This document shows positions 50,901 to 59,952 of a DNA stretch of 64,000 nucleotides, piece after piece. Where the stretch lies: contig CALRDV010000001.1 in the NCBI GenBank assembly GCA_943355005.1, positions 178,059 to 242,058 of the forward strand, written 5' to 3'. The notes below the pieces were generated by a model. It searched no databases. It worked only from the letters and a program-made list of their open reading frames with translations, and was not told the origin of the DNA. The stretch's first letter is position 1. Every line of letters starts with the position of its first letter. The DNA comes from Patescibacteria group bacterium. GTDB taxonomy: Bacteria > Patescibacteriota > Microgenomatia > UBA1400 > MFAQ01. A program made the position numbers and the translations under genes.

Positions 50901-51241
50901 TATTTGTTACAGTCAGAGATAAATTATTTGAAAGATCAAAGTTGCCAAAGATCCAAGGCAACAGAGCTGAAGCAATTCAAAGACTTACAGTTCTCTCTGA
51001 TAACCTGCCCCTAGCAAAGGATTATGCTCTTGACCTAATAAAAGTAATAAAAGAATATGACGATTTGAGCGATGGACAATACAAAGATATTGCTAGAGTC
51101 AAATTAGATAATCTTGATGAAGCATATAAAAAGATTCAAGGGATTGCTCCCGTACAGGTTATTAAGGTTAGTTTGAATAAGGCTGACCAGCTTCAAGGTC
51201 AATCTGAGCTGATTGTACTTAGTCAAGAGTTAAGAGTATGA
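47918..51241 (+). CDS. PLD-family nuclease fused to SNF2-family helicase (1107 aa)
   Basis: N-terminal PLD motif 'YLVHNKSETNQGGDAPGTIFIGSSNLT'. SNF2 motif I 'VVGLGKSIIA', motif II 'IVIDEAHRYRN', motif III 'LTATPFNN' and motif VI 'IQRIGRINR'. Confidence 0.85.
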   Translation: MSIIDNQSQTMLEALRNALSISDRVDIQVGYFYFSGFELLAEELKDKKVRILVGKQIDPNAVPKIIAMQQKTGKPVDLDRFQPQESHSSRSAQKADYFEGFTRLFNETSVFDEPRSQDAYKTFEQKIIDGSLEIKLTNTDEHGKMYLVHNKSETNQGGDAPGTIFIGSSNLTYNGLLDQGELNSVNREKSQFLEGLQKFEAMWSDSDNIDVATIDNQSEFKDVIRKLWINAVERPYLMYIRVLHELFGQDKDTEIKTPSKITGESFIDLEYQLDAIKMGINKIEQYGGVIIADVVGLGKSIIASTIAYNIAHKDNINVIIICPPHLISQWEDYQANFHLPGTKIFSSGKIEEAYNWCFNQQSGPAIIVIDEAHRYRNELTDDYMLLHQLVRSNKDNKVVVLTATPFNNDPKDVFALVKLFQTPGQSTIKSVDNLSIRFRELIQRYKELRNAMRGNKLSEEEVEVEAKDISRELKRLIEPIIIRRSRLDLKRISRYRNNLIKQGIEFAEIDGPTLLEYDLEDLFGLYVTTLEKITDEENGFIGARYKPVTYLSEESREEFVKKYGNQIDVDLVTAQTNLAKFMKRLLVMRFESSKQAFGITLQNMIDSNLFISKWYHEKGQIPVLKKGRIPDPDSYEIDTDDNISEELTEQLEDQPTSKHKLIFVDRNWISPSFIKEVEADTQLLQQIKSDWFEDPKVKDFDPKLDNLTEKIKDLLNENPDKKIIIFSAYADTVDYVGEQLKKKGFMRTFKYTAADASKSYREELKHNFDAGIREELQKNDYDILVATDALSEGYNLHRAGIIFNYDIPFNPTRVIQRIGRINRINKKVFDRLHIYNFFPTSIGEDVTRIKQISMLKMSLINSVVGSDTKTLTDTEELKTFQEDKDVEKLLKAQLKQATDEAEEESWDAIHRDRYDQTPDDVIDKAKTVRPRSRVIRKGQTEEIAIAYGKRGDHSVFAIKHDTEDPIIVSAEQVLPFFVAREDEEGYAPDSEYNKLFVTVRDKLFERSKLPKIQGNRAEAIQRLTVLSDNLPLAKDYALDLIKVIKEYDDLSDGQYKDIARVKLDNLDEAYKKIQGIAPVQVIKVSLNKADQLQGQSELIVLSQELRV

Positions 51242-54200
51242 AATTAAACGAAAAGTACAACAAAGAACAATTTCTTGATTGGTTAGAGGAGTTACTTCCA
51301 GATTTTGAGAGAGACATTAAAAAAGTTGACGTCCCAAGTTCATTTGGTGATGTCAATCTAATTGAGTCGCTCGGCAAAACATCGATAGGCGTCATGGTGT
51401 TTGCAATTCAAATGGAATTTGATCCTACGCGACGTAGAATATCAATCACAAAGGACAGTTTTAATATCTTAAAGAATTATTCAGTTCAAAATGCAATCAT
51501 TGCATACTTTTGTCCAGACTTCGGTCAATGGAGGTTATCTCTACTTACCAGTACCGCTACCTGGGAAGATGGTAGGGTTATTTCAAAATTATCTAACCTT
51601 AAGAGGCAGTCATTTGTACTCGGTGTCGGAGCCAAAACTAAAACTCCTACAAAATATCTTGCTGGTAGGGTTAATAGCTTGGCAGATCTTAAAAAGAGAT
51701 TCTCAATAGAAGTTGTCAATAAAGATTTCTACAAAGAAATATCTACTGCGTTCAATTCTTTGCAGTCAGTACTACAGGTTCCAAGCAAGGAAGCAAAGAG
51801 TCAAACAAATCTTGAATTTTCGGTAAGACTAATTGGAAGAATTATATTCTGTTGGTTCCTTAGAGAAAAGAGGAGTGAGGCGGGAATTTCCTTGATATCA
51901 GATAAGGTACTTTCACTTCAAGCAGTAAAAAGTAGCAAAGACTATTATCACAAGTTGCTTGAACCATTATTTTTTGAGGTTCTCAACAAACCTTTAGAAA
52001 GTAGAAACTTTGATGAGTTCGACAAAGAACCCTTTACCCAAACTCCTTATCTCAATGGTGGTCTTTTTTCCGCCCAATACGATGATTACTACGAACGAGG
52101 CAGAAACGATTTTCAGTCCAAATATCACAATACACTAGTTATCCCAAATAACTGGATCGAGTCGTTATTCGATATACTTGAAACCTACCATTTTACAATC
52201 GACGAGAATACTAGTTATGATGAAGAGCTTTCAATAGACCCTGAAATGCTAGGTCGAATATTTGAAAATCTCTTAGCAGAAATTAACCCTGACACAGGTG
52301 AATCGGCAAGAAAAAGTACTGGTAGTTATTACACTCCAAGAGTAATTGTCGATTATATGGTAGATGAAAGTCTGGCTTTATATCTTAAGAACAAAACAAA
52401 CATTGATGAAGATAAAATCAGGGCTGTAATTAGTTATGACCTTGATGACGATCAGACAAAACCCCTAACAGAAGAAGAAAAAGTAAAAATAATTGACTCC
52501 CTAGGTAAACTAAAGATTCTAGACCCTGCCTGTGGGTCAGGAGCTTTTCCAATGGGTGTTCTTCAAAAAATTGTCTTCATTCTTCAGCAGATAGATCCAA
52601 ACGCAGAAGTCATGCATTCAATGGACTTAAAACAAACTCCTCCAGAATTTAGAAGGCACATACAGGAAGAATTTAGTGCCGGAAACTATGATTATCTGCG
52701 GAAATTAAGAGTAATTAGAGAATGTATTTATGGGGTAGACATCCAACCGATTGCTACTGAAATCTCGAGACTAAGATGTTTCCTAACGCTTGTTGTTGAT
52801 CAGGCAATAAAAGACGATAGGCCAGATAGGGGGATTAAACCCCTTCCAAACCTAGATTTTAAGTTTGTTACAGCAAATACATTAATCGGATTACCAAAAG
52901 TTGATAGCACCTCTCCCTCACTTTTTGATGACTTTAAGCTCATAGATGAGCTTAAACAAGTTCGTGATGATTATTTCAATTCATATGGGATCGAAAGAGA
53001 AAAACTAAAAAACGACTTTTCAGAAAAACAAAACGATTTAATCAACGAATTAATTGAAAAGCATGATTATGTAGGTTACTCAAAAGCTGATCTAACAAGA
53101 AGTTTAACAAGCTGGAAACCGTTTAAACATATAACGACAGAATGGTTCGATGCTGAGTGGATGTTTGGTGTAAAAGACGGTTTTGACATGATAATTGCAA
53201 ACCCACCATATGTTGGAGAAAAAAGTCATAAGGAATTGTTTGATGTTTTGAGAAAATCACCACTAGGAAAACAGTTTGGTAAGGGAAAGATGGACCTTTT
53301 TTACTATTTTTTTCATCACGGGATTAATAATCTAAAAGATGGAGGCACACTTTCTTTTATTACCACGAATTATTATCCGACAGCGGATGGAGCAATCAGC
53401 CTTCGTAGAGATTTTTATAATAGGACTAACGTTGTTGAGCTAATCAACTTCAACGAGTACAAAATATTTGAATCAGCATTAGGTCAGCACAACATGATTA
53501 CTTTGCTGCAAAAAGAAGGTCCAAAAGATAACTTTCTTACAAGTGAAACTTTTGTAACAATCACGGGAGGGCCAAATTCAGAAGAAATTGTAAAAATTCT
53601 TAACCATACTTGCGAAGAATGTGTATATGGAAATATATCTCGCTCAAAATTATATGAAGGTAACAATTATTATCTGAGATTTGTTTCAGGAAAAACTGAA
53701 ACTGATCAACTACTTGAAAAACTGTATTTAAGCGGGAAGCCGCTAATTGAGTTTGCGAATACCAACGAAGGTTTACACACTGGTCTAGATTCGGTATCTG
53801 ACAAAGACCTTCTGAAAACGAAAAACAAAGCCATTACAAAGGGTGAAGAAATATTTGTTGTTACCAAGGGGCGTTACGGCTTTGGCCACCTTCATCCATG
53901 GTTCAAAGGTTCCGACATCAAACACTATGTGGCAAATACAGAATCAAATTATGAGGTTATATATTACGATAACGATACGCATCCAGAGAAAGATGAGCTA
54001 AACCATTTGAGTAAATTTAGAGATCTCCTTGAAAAAAGAGTCGCCATCAAGAGGGCAAACAGGCCTTGGTATCAACTTAATTGGCCAAGAAAACAATCAA
54101 TGTTCGAAGGACAAAAGATAGTAAACCCGTATAGGTCACTTAATAACTATTTTGCTCTAGTTAATACTCCATGGTATGCTTCTGCAGATGTATTTTTCAC

Positions 54201-54531
54201 ACAGACAAAAAATTCAGAATTAATATCGAATGAGGTTTTGACGGCCATCCTTAACAGTAAGTTGGTATTGTTTTGGCTAAAGCATCGAGGCAAACGGAAG
54301 GGTAAAATCTTGGAAATAAAATCGATTCCTATTGGACAAATCCCTATAGTATTACCTGAAGAAGATGATAAGAAGAAGTTGGAATCTTATGTCAAACAAA
54401 TCCTAGAGGTTAAAAAAAATGATTCGGATGCAGATATTTCAATACATCAAAATCACATTGATCGTTTGGTTTATAAAGTCTATGGACTTAATGATATAGA
54501 AATCAAAATTGTGGAGAATTCATTAGCGTAA
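51238..54531 (+). CDS. Eco57I/PglX-like gamma-class N6-adenine DNA methyltransferase with unassigned N-terminal domain and C-terminal target-recognition region (1097 aa)
   Basis: 'YYTPRVIVDYMVDE', motif I 'LDPACGSGAFPMGV' and motif IV 'IANPPYVGEK'. About 350-aa N-terminal extension and about 400-aa C-terminal extension. Start overlaps the stop of the upstream gene (ATGA). Confidence 0.85.
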   Translation: MKLNEKYNKEQFLDWLEELLPDFERDIKKVDVPSSFGDVNLIESLGKTSIGVMVFAIQMEFDPTRRRISITKDSFNILKNYSVQNAIIAYFCPDFGQWRLSLLTSTATWEDGRVISKLSNLKRQSFVLGVGAKTKTPTKYLAGRVNSLADLKKRFSIEVVNKDFYKEISTAFNSLQSVLQVPSKEAKSQTNLEFSVRLIGRIIFCWFLREKRSEAGISLISDKVLSLQAVKSSKDYYHKLLEPLFFEVLNKPLESRNFDEFDKEPFTQTPYLNGGLFSAQYDDYYERGRNDFQSKYHNTLVIPNNWIESLFDILETYHFTIDENTSYDEELSIDPEMLGRIFENLLAEINPDTGESARKSTGSYYTPRVIVDYMVDESLALYLKNKTNIDEDKIRAVISYDLDDDQTKPLTEEEKVKIIDSLGKLKILDPACGSGAFPMGVLQKIVFILQQIDPNAEVMHSMDLKQTPPEFRRHIQEEFSAGNYDYLRKLRVIRECIYGVDIQPIATEISRLRCFLTLVVDQAIKDDRPDRGIKPLPNLDFKFVTANTLIGLPKVDSTSPSLFDDFKLIDELKQVRDDYFNSYGIEREKLKNDFSEKQNDLINELIEKHDYVGYSKADLTRSLTSWKPFKHITTEWFDAEWMFGVKDGFDMIIANPPYVGEKSHKELFDVLRKSPLGKQFGKGKMDLFYYFFHHGINNLKDGGTLSFITTNYYPTADGAISLRRDFYNRTNVVELINFNEYKIFESALGQHNMITLLQKEGPKDNFLTSETFVTITGGPNSEEIVKILNHTCEECVYGNISRSKLYEGNNYYLRFVSGKTETDQLLEKLYLSGKPLIEFANTNEGLHTGLDSVSDKDLLKTKNKAITKGEEIFVVTKGRYGFGHLHPWFKGSDIKHYVANTESNYEVIYYDNDTHPEKDELNHLSKFRDLLEKRVAIKRANRPWYQLNWPRKQSMFEGQKIVNPYRSLNNYFALVNTPWYASADVFFTQTKNSELISNEVLTAILNSKLVLFWLKHRGKRKGKILEIKSIPIGQIPIVLPEEDDKKKLESYVKQILEVKKNDSDADISIHQNHIDRLVYKVYGLNDIEIKIVENSLA

Positions 54532-54749
54532 AAAAATTCAATAAAAATCTATATAATTATAGATAGGGATAGTACAAATTACTGAACCGTCAGGGCATGA
54601 TAAATGATTCCGAGCGCGACAGTAGGCTCGCAAGAGCCACCTAAAAGGCAAAGGGGGATAACAGATCGCCTATGCGACCTAGATGAACAATATCTCAGTC
54701 TAGGAGTTGATTATTAACATATTTTTACGGCATAAGCCGTTCAAAACAT

Positions 54750-56096
54750 ATGGAAAAACAACTCCGACGGGATATATCCGTCAAATATATAAAAGTTAGC
54801 GAGCTAAACCCTGCGGTCTACAACCCCAGAAAGCACGACAAAAAATCAGCCGACCAGCTGAAAGAAAGTATTACCAAATTTGGATTGGTCGACCCCATTA
54901 TCGTCAACGAGGCAATCGAAAGGAAAAACATCGTCATTGGTGGTCATTTCCGTTTGGAGGTTGCCAAAGAAATGGGTTTCGAAACAATTCCTGTCGTCTA
55001 CGTCAAAATTCCTGATATTGAGAAAGAAAAGGAGCTAAATCTCAGGTTAAATAAAAATACTGGTGAGTGGGATTGGGAATTACTCGCTAACTACGATTCA
55101 GCCTTTTTGGACTGCGTTGGTTTTAGTAGTGAAGAAATCGACCAAATCTTCGACATCGAAGATACTCCAGAGCAATTCGACCTTCAGAAAGAACTTGAAA
55201 AGCTCAATATCACTGAGATAAATATCAAGAAAGGTGATATTTACGATCTAGGTGGAAGTAGATTGATGTGTGGAGACTCTACAAATGAAGATGAATGGCT
55301 GAAGTTAATGGACGGTGAAAAGGCGGATATGTGTTTTACCGATCCACCTTACATTCTTGACTATTTAAAAACAAAGCGACACGGTAAGGCAGTCACAGGA
55401 TTTGGATCCAAGCGAGATAGACGCTACCTAGAAACTGAAAGCCTTCCAATTGACTTCACAGAAAAGTGGATGAAGAGTATTGCCAATATCCAAAAAGAGC
55501 ATTTCTCCATAATAGTTTATGAAAATTGGAAAAACTTAAGAACCATTTGGGGCGAGATGGAGAAACATTGGAAAGTGAAAAACATGATCGTTTGGCATTT
55601 ACCAAATCGTCACCAAGGTTTTTCATCTAAATATAAGTTCTTTAGTAAACACGATATTGCCATGGTGGGTGCATCCAAAAATGTTGATATCGAGTACAAC
55701 AACGAGGAGGAGATTGATGGTCTTCAAGAAGAATACGAAACAGCTCTCTATGCCATCTCTGGTAAACCACAATGGGAAGGTTACGAGAAAGGGAAGAAAA
55801 CCCAACCAACAGATTTCATCGAGTTCAATGCCTCTGACGAAAAACATTCCGGTCAGGGTGTTGTGTTTGGTACAAAGCCAACTGAGATACTGATTCCCTA
55901 TATCAAAGTTCTCACTAAACGAGGCGACTTAATTGTCGAACCTTTTGGTGGCAGTGGCTCAACCTTAATTGCGGCAACCAAGATGAAGCGCCGTTGCTAC
56001 TTAATGGAGAAGTCACCTGTCTATGCAGAAGTTATTAAAAGTCGTTGGGAAAAACTAACTGGGCTAAAAGCAAAGCTCTATGAAAAGCAAGATTGA
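54750..56096 (+). CDS. ParB-like nuclease domain fused to DNA methyltransferase (beta-class N4/N6)
   Basis: ParB box 'GGHFRLEVAKEMG'. Methyltransferase motif IV 'CFTDPPYIL' precedes motif I 'EPFGGSGSTLIAA'. Confidence 0.85.
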   Translation: MEKQLRRDISVKYIKVSELNPAVYNPRKHDKKSADQLKESITKFGLVDPIIVNEAIERKNIVIGGHFRLEVAKEMGFETIPVVYVKIPDIEKEKELNLRLNKNTGEWDWELLANYDSAFLDCVGFSSEEIDQIFDIEDTPEQFDLQKELEKLNITEINIKKGDIYDLGGSRLMCGDSTNEDEWLKLMDGEKADMCFTDPPYILDYLKTKRHGKAVTGFGSKRDRRYLETESLPIDFTEKWMKSIANIQKEHFSIIVYENWKNLRTIWGEMEKHWKVKNMIVWHLPNRHQGFSSKYKFFSKHDIAMVGASKNVDIEYNNEEEIDGLQEEYETALYAISGKPQWEGYEKGKKTQPTDFIEFNASDEKHSGQGVVFGTKPTEILIPYIKVLTKRGDLIVEPFGGSGSTLIAATKMKRRCYLMEKSPVYAEVIKSRWEKLTGLKAKLYEKQD

Positions 56097-56370
56097 TGTC
56101 CTTAAACATCTAAAATCTACGCCGATAGTGCAGGTGGCTTGTCAAAAGGCAGGTGTTAGTCGAGCCACCTACTATCGATGGCGTGAAGAAGATCCAGATT
56201 TTAAGAAAAAGTCAGATATCGCTATGGGGGAAGGGATAGAGATGGTAAATGATTTGTGTGAATCTCAATTATTAAAAAATATTAGAGATGGGCATCCGAC
56301 CTCTACTTTTTACTGGCTAAACAATCACCATCCCAGTTACTCCCAAAGAAGAATCTTGCTGCCGTATTAG
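56080..56370 (+). CDS. small HTH DNA-binding protein (terminase-small-subunit/excisionase-like)
   Basis: 'VACQKAGVSRATYYRWREEDPDF' is a helix-turn-helix motif. It overlaps the methyltransferase gene end. Confidence 0.5.
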   Translation: MKSKIDVLKHLKSTPIVQVACQKAGVSRATYYRWREEDPDFKKKSDIAMGEGIEMVNDLCESQLLKNIRDGHPTSTFYWLNNHHPSYSQRRILLPY

Positions 56371-56652
56371 GAAAAGTCAGACATTGGAGAAAGTATTGCA
56401 GGGTTTAAGAGAGATAATCTGATGATAACGCTACTAAACATGGTGTTTGAAGGTCAATTACCAATAAGTGTGGCTGGTTCACTAATGAACTCAGTTACTA
56501 AACACCAAAAACATAAAGACAGCCAGGAAATGGATGAAAGTGTGGAGCAGTTGAGACAGTTAATAAATGCTGTTTCAACAGAGTCCAGAGCTGAAACAAA
56601 AAGGAAACTTTCGGGCTAGACTTCCACAGACCTTGCGGTACATTGATTAGTA

Positions 56653-57978
56653 ATGGATACATCCACAAAAACACAAGAAATAAACTACTGTCTCTACGCT
56701 CGCAAGTCTTCCGAAAGTGACGAAAGACAAATTATGTCGATTGATTCTCAAATCGACGAAATGAAGGTACTTGCCAAGAGAGAAAACATAAAAGTAAAAG
56801 AAATAAAAATAGAAAGTCACTCCGCAAAAGAGTCAGGAGCCAGACCAGTATTTGTCGAGTTGATAAAAGGAATACGCTCCGGAAAGTTTAACGGAATACT
56901 CACGTGGGCACCAGATCGTTTAAGCCGTAACGCAGGTGATCTAGGTACACTAGTGGACCTCATGGACCAGAAGAAACTACTCCGCATCCAAACATATAGC
57001 CAATCATTTACCAATAGTCCAAATGAAAAATTTCTGCTGATGATCCTCTGCTCTCAGGCAAAGCTAGAAAATGATAACAAAGGAGTAAATGTCGAAAGGG
57101 GGCTGAGAAATAAATGTAGTTTGGGATGGAAACCCAGTCTCGCTCCCATGGGATATCTCAATCAAAAAGGAGATGGTCGAACCGACGAGTTAGTAGTCCT
57201 TGATCCGGTAAGAGCACAATTTGTAAAACAAATGTTTGAAAGAGTGGGTGTCCAAGGACAAAGCGGCAGAGCGGTAAAAAGATGGTTAGATAGAATTGGC
57301 TTTGAAACAAGACAGGGTGTTATGTGTCCCCTGAGTAAGGTTCATACAATTCTCCGAAACCCTTTCTACTACGGAGAGTTTGAATTCCCGGCCGGAAGTG
57401 GCATCTGGTACAAGGGAAAGCACAAACCACTAATATCCAAAGAGCTGTTTGAAAAAGTCCAAAAACAGTTGGAAACAGTCCCTAAGACCTGGAATAAAAA
57501 TATCTTTGCATTTAAGACCCTCATGAAGTGTGGCTCATGCGGTAGTAGTGTGACCGCTGAGGAAAGATACAGAAGATTAAAGAGTGGTGGGTATCATAAG
57601 CATATCTATTACCATTGCAGAAGATATTTGAATTACGAATGCAAAGAGCCATACATCGACGAGGATGATTTAATTAAGCAGATAATCGCCAATCTTGACA
57701 AGATCTCCTTCAACCAAGCAGGAATATCCCGGAAAATCCAAGAGGACATCGAGAGATACCATCGACTAAAAACCGATGTGCTTCGCCAAGAGTATATGTT
57801 GGGAAAATTTGACGGAGATAACGGCATTATTCCCGGGAAACTTGAATTCAAAGCAATGGCAAAAAATTATCTGATCCATATTCTCAGGGGAGGAACGTCG
57901 GAAGAAAGACTAGAAGTATTATCCTTGATAAAGACACGATTCATTCTCCATGATAAAAAAGTTAGTATTAATGCTTGA
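56653..57978 (+). CDS. large serine recombinase
   Basis: N-terminal resolvase-type catalytic region 'YCLYARKSSESDERQIMSIDSQ'. Recombinase zinc-ribbon 'CGSCGSS...YYHCRRY'. Coiled-coil C-terminus. Confidence 0.8.
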   Translation: MDTSTKTQEINYCLYARKSSESDERQIMSIDSQIDEMKVLAKRENIKVKEIKIESHSAKESGARPVFVELIKGIRSGKFNGILTWAPDRLSRNAGDLGTLVDLMDQKKLLRIQTYSQSFTNSPNEKFLLMILCSQAKLENDNKGVNVERGLRNKCSLGWKPSLAPMGYLNQKGDGRTDELVVLDPVRAQFVKQMFERVGVQGQSGRAVKRWLDRIGFETRQGVMCPLSKVHTILRNPFYYGEFEFPAGSGIWYKGKHKPLISKELFEKVQKQLETVPKTWNKNIFAFKTLMKCGSCGSSVTAEERYRRLKSGGYHKHIYYHCRRYLNYECKEPYIDEDDLIKQIIANLDKISFNQAGISRKIQEDIERYHRLKTDVLRQEYMLGKFDGDNGIIPGKLEFKAMAKNYLIHILRGGTSEERLEVLSLIKTRFILHDKKVSINA

Positions 57979-58990
57979 AATTGGCTACTTTACCGTATTC
58001 TTCTTTGTCCCTCATTTTTGATGCTAAAAAATTTATCCACGCTTGGGAGTATCTGTAATCGTTCTCGGCAGATTTATATTCAACAATCTCTGATTTATAG
58101 TTAAGCCTCTTTTCTTGTGGGCGAACTTTATAAAATTTCCATGCTTTGGTGTGCATACCAGTTCCAAAATCAATTTTGGCTATTCTAGCTACTTCAGACG
58201 CTACATGAGATGGTCGATATATGTAAATATCTTCACCCACCAAGATCTTTTGTCTTTTAACTGCTGAAACTGGCACCGCCTGTAATTCTCCTACTAACTT
58301 AAGAGTCGGAGATCCGTTTTTTTCAGTAAAGTCACCTTCTCGTATGAATTTAAGTTTGGGAATTAGTTCTTCACCAATCACTACAGTTCCACCATTTCCA
58401 GAAATTTCCCCATTCAGAGTATTCATTACAGCAACATTTATGGGGTTAATTTGTGCAGATTTTGTAATTACTCTTCTCCACGCGTCGTTCTGCTTTTCAA
58501 TTTGTTTATCGAGCAATTTTCTGAGTTCTGGGAAATGTATTTTTTCCGATCTCGCACGATATCTAAAATAGATCTCTCCCTCTTTAATGTCTCCGTCATT
58601 TTTTGTTGCAATTATTGGCTTTGTTTCTGACTCAGATGTATATATCAAACCAAATGTTTTTCCATCCAAATCATAAACATCTACCTCCCATTCAATAGCT
58701 GGTTGAAAAATATCGTTAAGTTCAGCAGTGAATCTTTCTTGGCTGAATGTATCAAAATTCGATCTATCAATTCCGATAATTTCTCTTGGGTCATCCTTTA
58801 TACCAAATACGATATAGCCACCTTTGTTGTTGGCAAAAGCCGCCATCGTTTTGGCGTACTCACCAACACTTCCAATAGAAAATGTCTCTTTAAATTCAAG
58901 AGTTAAAGATTCTCTAGACCCAATTAAACTTGGATTTTGAGAGTTTTTATAGAATATATCTGATAGCTTTTCGCTTGAAAAGTTGTTCAA
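57968..58990 (-). CDS. AlbA_2 (Schlafen-like) DNA-binding domain protein
   Basis: 'ESLTLEFKETFS...MAAFANNKGGYIVFGIKDD' matches the AlbA_2/divergent-AAA Schlafen core. Confidence 0.6.
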   Translation of the reverse strand: MNNFSSEKLSDIFYKNSQNPSLIGSRESLTLEFKETFSIGSVGEYAKTMAAFANNKGGYIVFGIKDDPREIIGIDRSNFDTFSQERFTAELNDIFQPAIEWEVDVYDLDGKTFGLIYTSESETKPIIATKNDGDIKEGEIYFRYRARSEKIHFPELRKLLDKQIEKQNDAWRRVITKSAQINPINVAVMNTLNGEISGNGGTVVIGEELIPKLKFIREGDFTEKNGSPTLKLVGELQAVPVSAVKRQKILVGEDIYIYRPSHVASEVARIAKIDFGTGMHTKAWKFYKVRPQEKRLNYKSEIVEYKSAENDYRYSQAWINFLASKMRDKEEYGKVANFKH

Positions 58991-59228
58991 TTTAGGGCAA
59001 TTATAACAACCAATAACAACCCTTACGGGACTCGAACACGATTTTCAATCAATTTAGAAAAAATTTAGTCGGATACATCAATACAACGAAGCGACCCTTG
59101 CGGATCGCCTCGGAACAAACTGAACTTAGTGAGCGTAGTTGCCCGTAGGTGGAACTTTATTCTTCCCAGTCTTCTAGGTACTTTCATAAAGCTTCAAAAA
59201 CTAGGTTTTACCTACGAGAACAATACAG

Positions 59229-59765
59229 GTGTTATTTTACCCCATTTATCTGGGAAAAAGGAGGACCATGAATAATCTTCTGGTTTTTTGTATCAAAAAA
59301 TGGCTACACCTATCACCTGATCTGGTTGAGTCCCGACTATTTGATGAAGAGAGTTTCTACAAACAGTTCAGAGACGACTTACGCCACGCCAAGAAAGAAG
59401 TCATCATTGAGAGCCCATTTATCTCAACCAACCGCATGTATTCCCTCCTAGCGCCATTTGAAGAGCTAGTTCGTAGGAAGGTTAAGGTTTATGTATTTAC
59501 TCGTCATCCTGACGAACACGATCTGGGCATGAAACAGCAGGCGGAATCGGCAATTCGGAGATTTGAAGCTATGGGAGTGCAAGTACTCATAACGACTGAT
59601 TACCACCACCGAAAGATTGCTATCTTGGATAGGAATGTCTTATGGGAAGGAAGTCTAAATATACTATCTCAGACTTGTAGCCGTGAAATTATGCGCCGGA
59701 TAGACAGCGATAGCCTATCAAAAGAAATGTTTGAATATTTGAAGCTAAATAGATTTATATACTAA
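59229..59765 (+). CDS. Nuc-like single-HKD PLD-family endonuclease
   Basis: 'YHHRKIAILDRNVLWEGSLNI' is a canonical HxK(x)4D(x)6GSxN motif. 178 aa, the size of dimeric Nuc/BfiI-N-type nucleases. Confidence 0.7.
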   Translation: MLFYPIYLGKRRTMNNLLVFCIKKWLHLSPDLVESRLFDEESFYKQFRDDLRHAKKEVIIESPFISTNRMYSLLAPFEELVRRKVKVYVFTRHPDEHDLGMKQQAESAIRRFEAMGVQVLITTDYHHRKIAILDRNVLWEGSLNILSQTCSREIMRRIDSDSLSKEMFEYLKLNRFIY

Positions 59766-59769
59766 AAAT

Positions 59770-59952
59770 ATGGACAAAATTGATGAAATTCGCGAACTAA
59801 TACTGAAAAATAATATTGAAATGAACGATGATGAAATTCAGACAACCGTCGCGGAATTACAGTATTTGATTGATCTCTGGCTCAACAACATCGAACAGCA
59901 AGTATTTGAAGGTAAAACGCTGGATGAACTACTTATAGATATGAATCTATGA
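59770..59952 (+). CDS. small protein (60 aa) translationally coupled to recombinase
   Basis: Its stop overlaps the recombinase start by 4 nt. Possible recombination directionality factor. No motif. Confidence 0.3.
   Translation: MDKIDEIRELILKNNIEMNDDEIQTTVAELQYLIDLWLNNIEQQVFEGKTLDELLIDMNL

Noticed and set aside
47918-54531. Classical BREX or complete DISARM
   Set aside because: No PglZ, BrxC/PglY or BrxL for BREX. No DrmA/DrmB (DUF1998 with Cys4) for DISARM. Only the helicase-nuclease and the methyltransferase are present, followed by non-coding DNA and an unrelated ParB-methyltransferase gene.
59015-59100. tRNA-like T-loop motif (reverse complement GTTCGAGTCCC) in the intergenic region between the AlbA_2 gene and the Nuc-like PLD gene, which could mark an att site or tRNA gene
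   Set aside because: The flanking bases do not form a 5-bp T-stem: 3 of 5 pairs at best. There is no matching 7-bp acceptor stem and no D or anticodon arms. At most it is a degraded tRNA 3' fragment.
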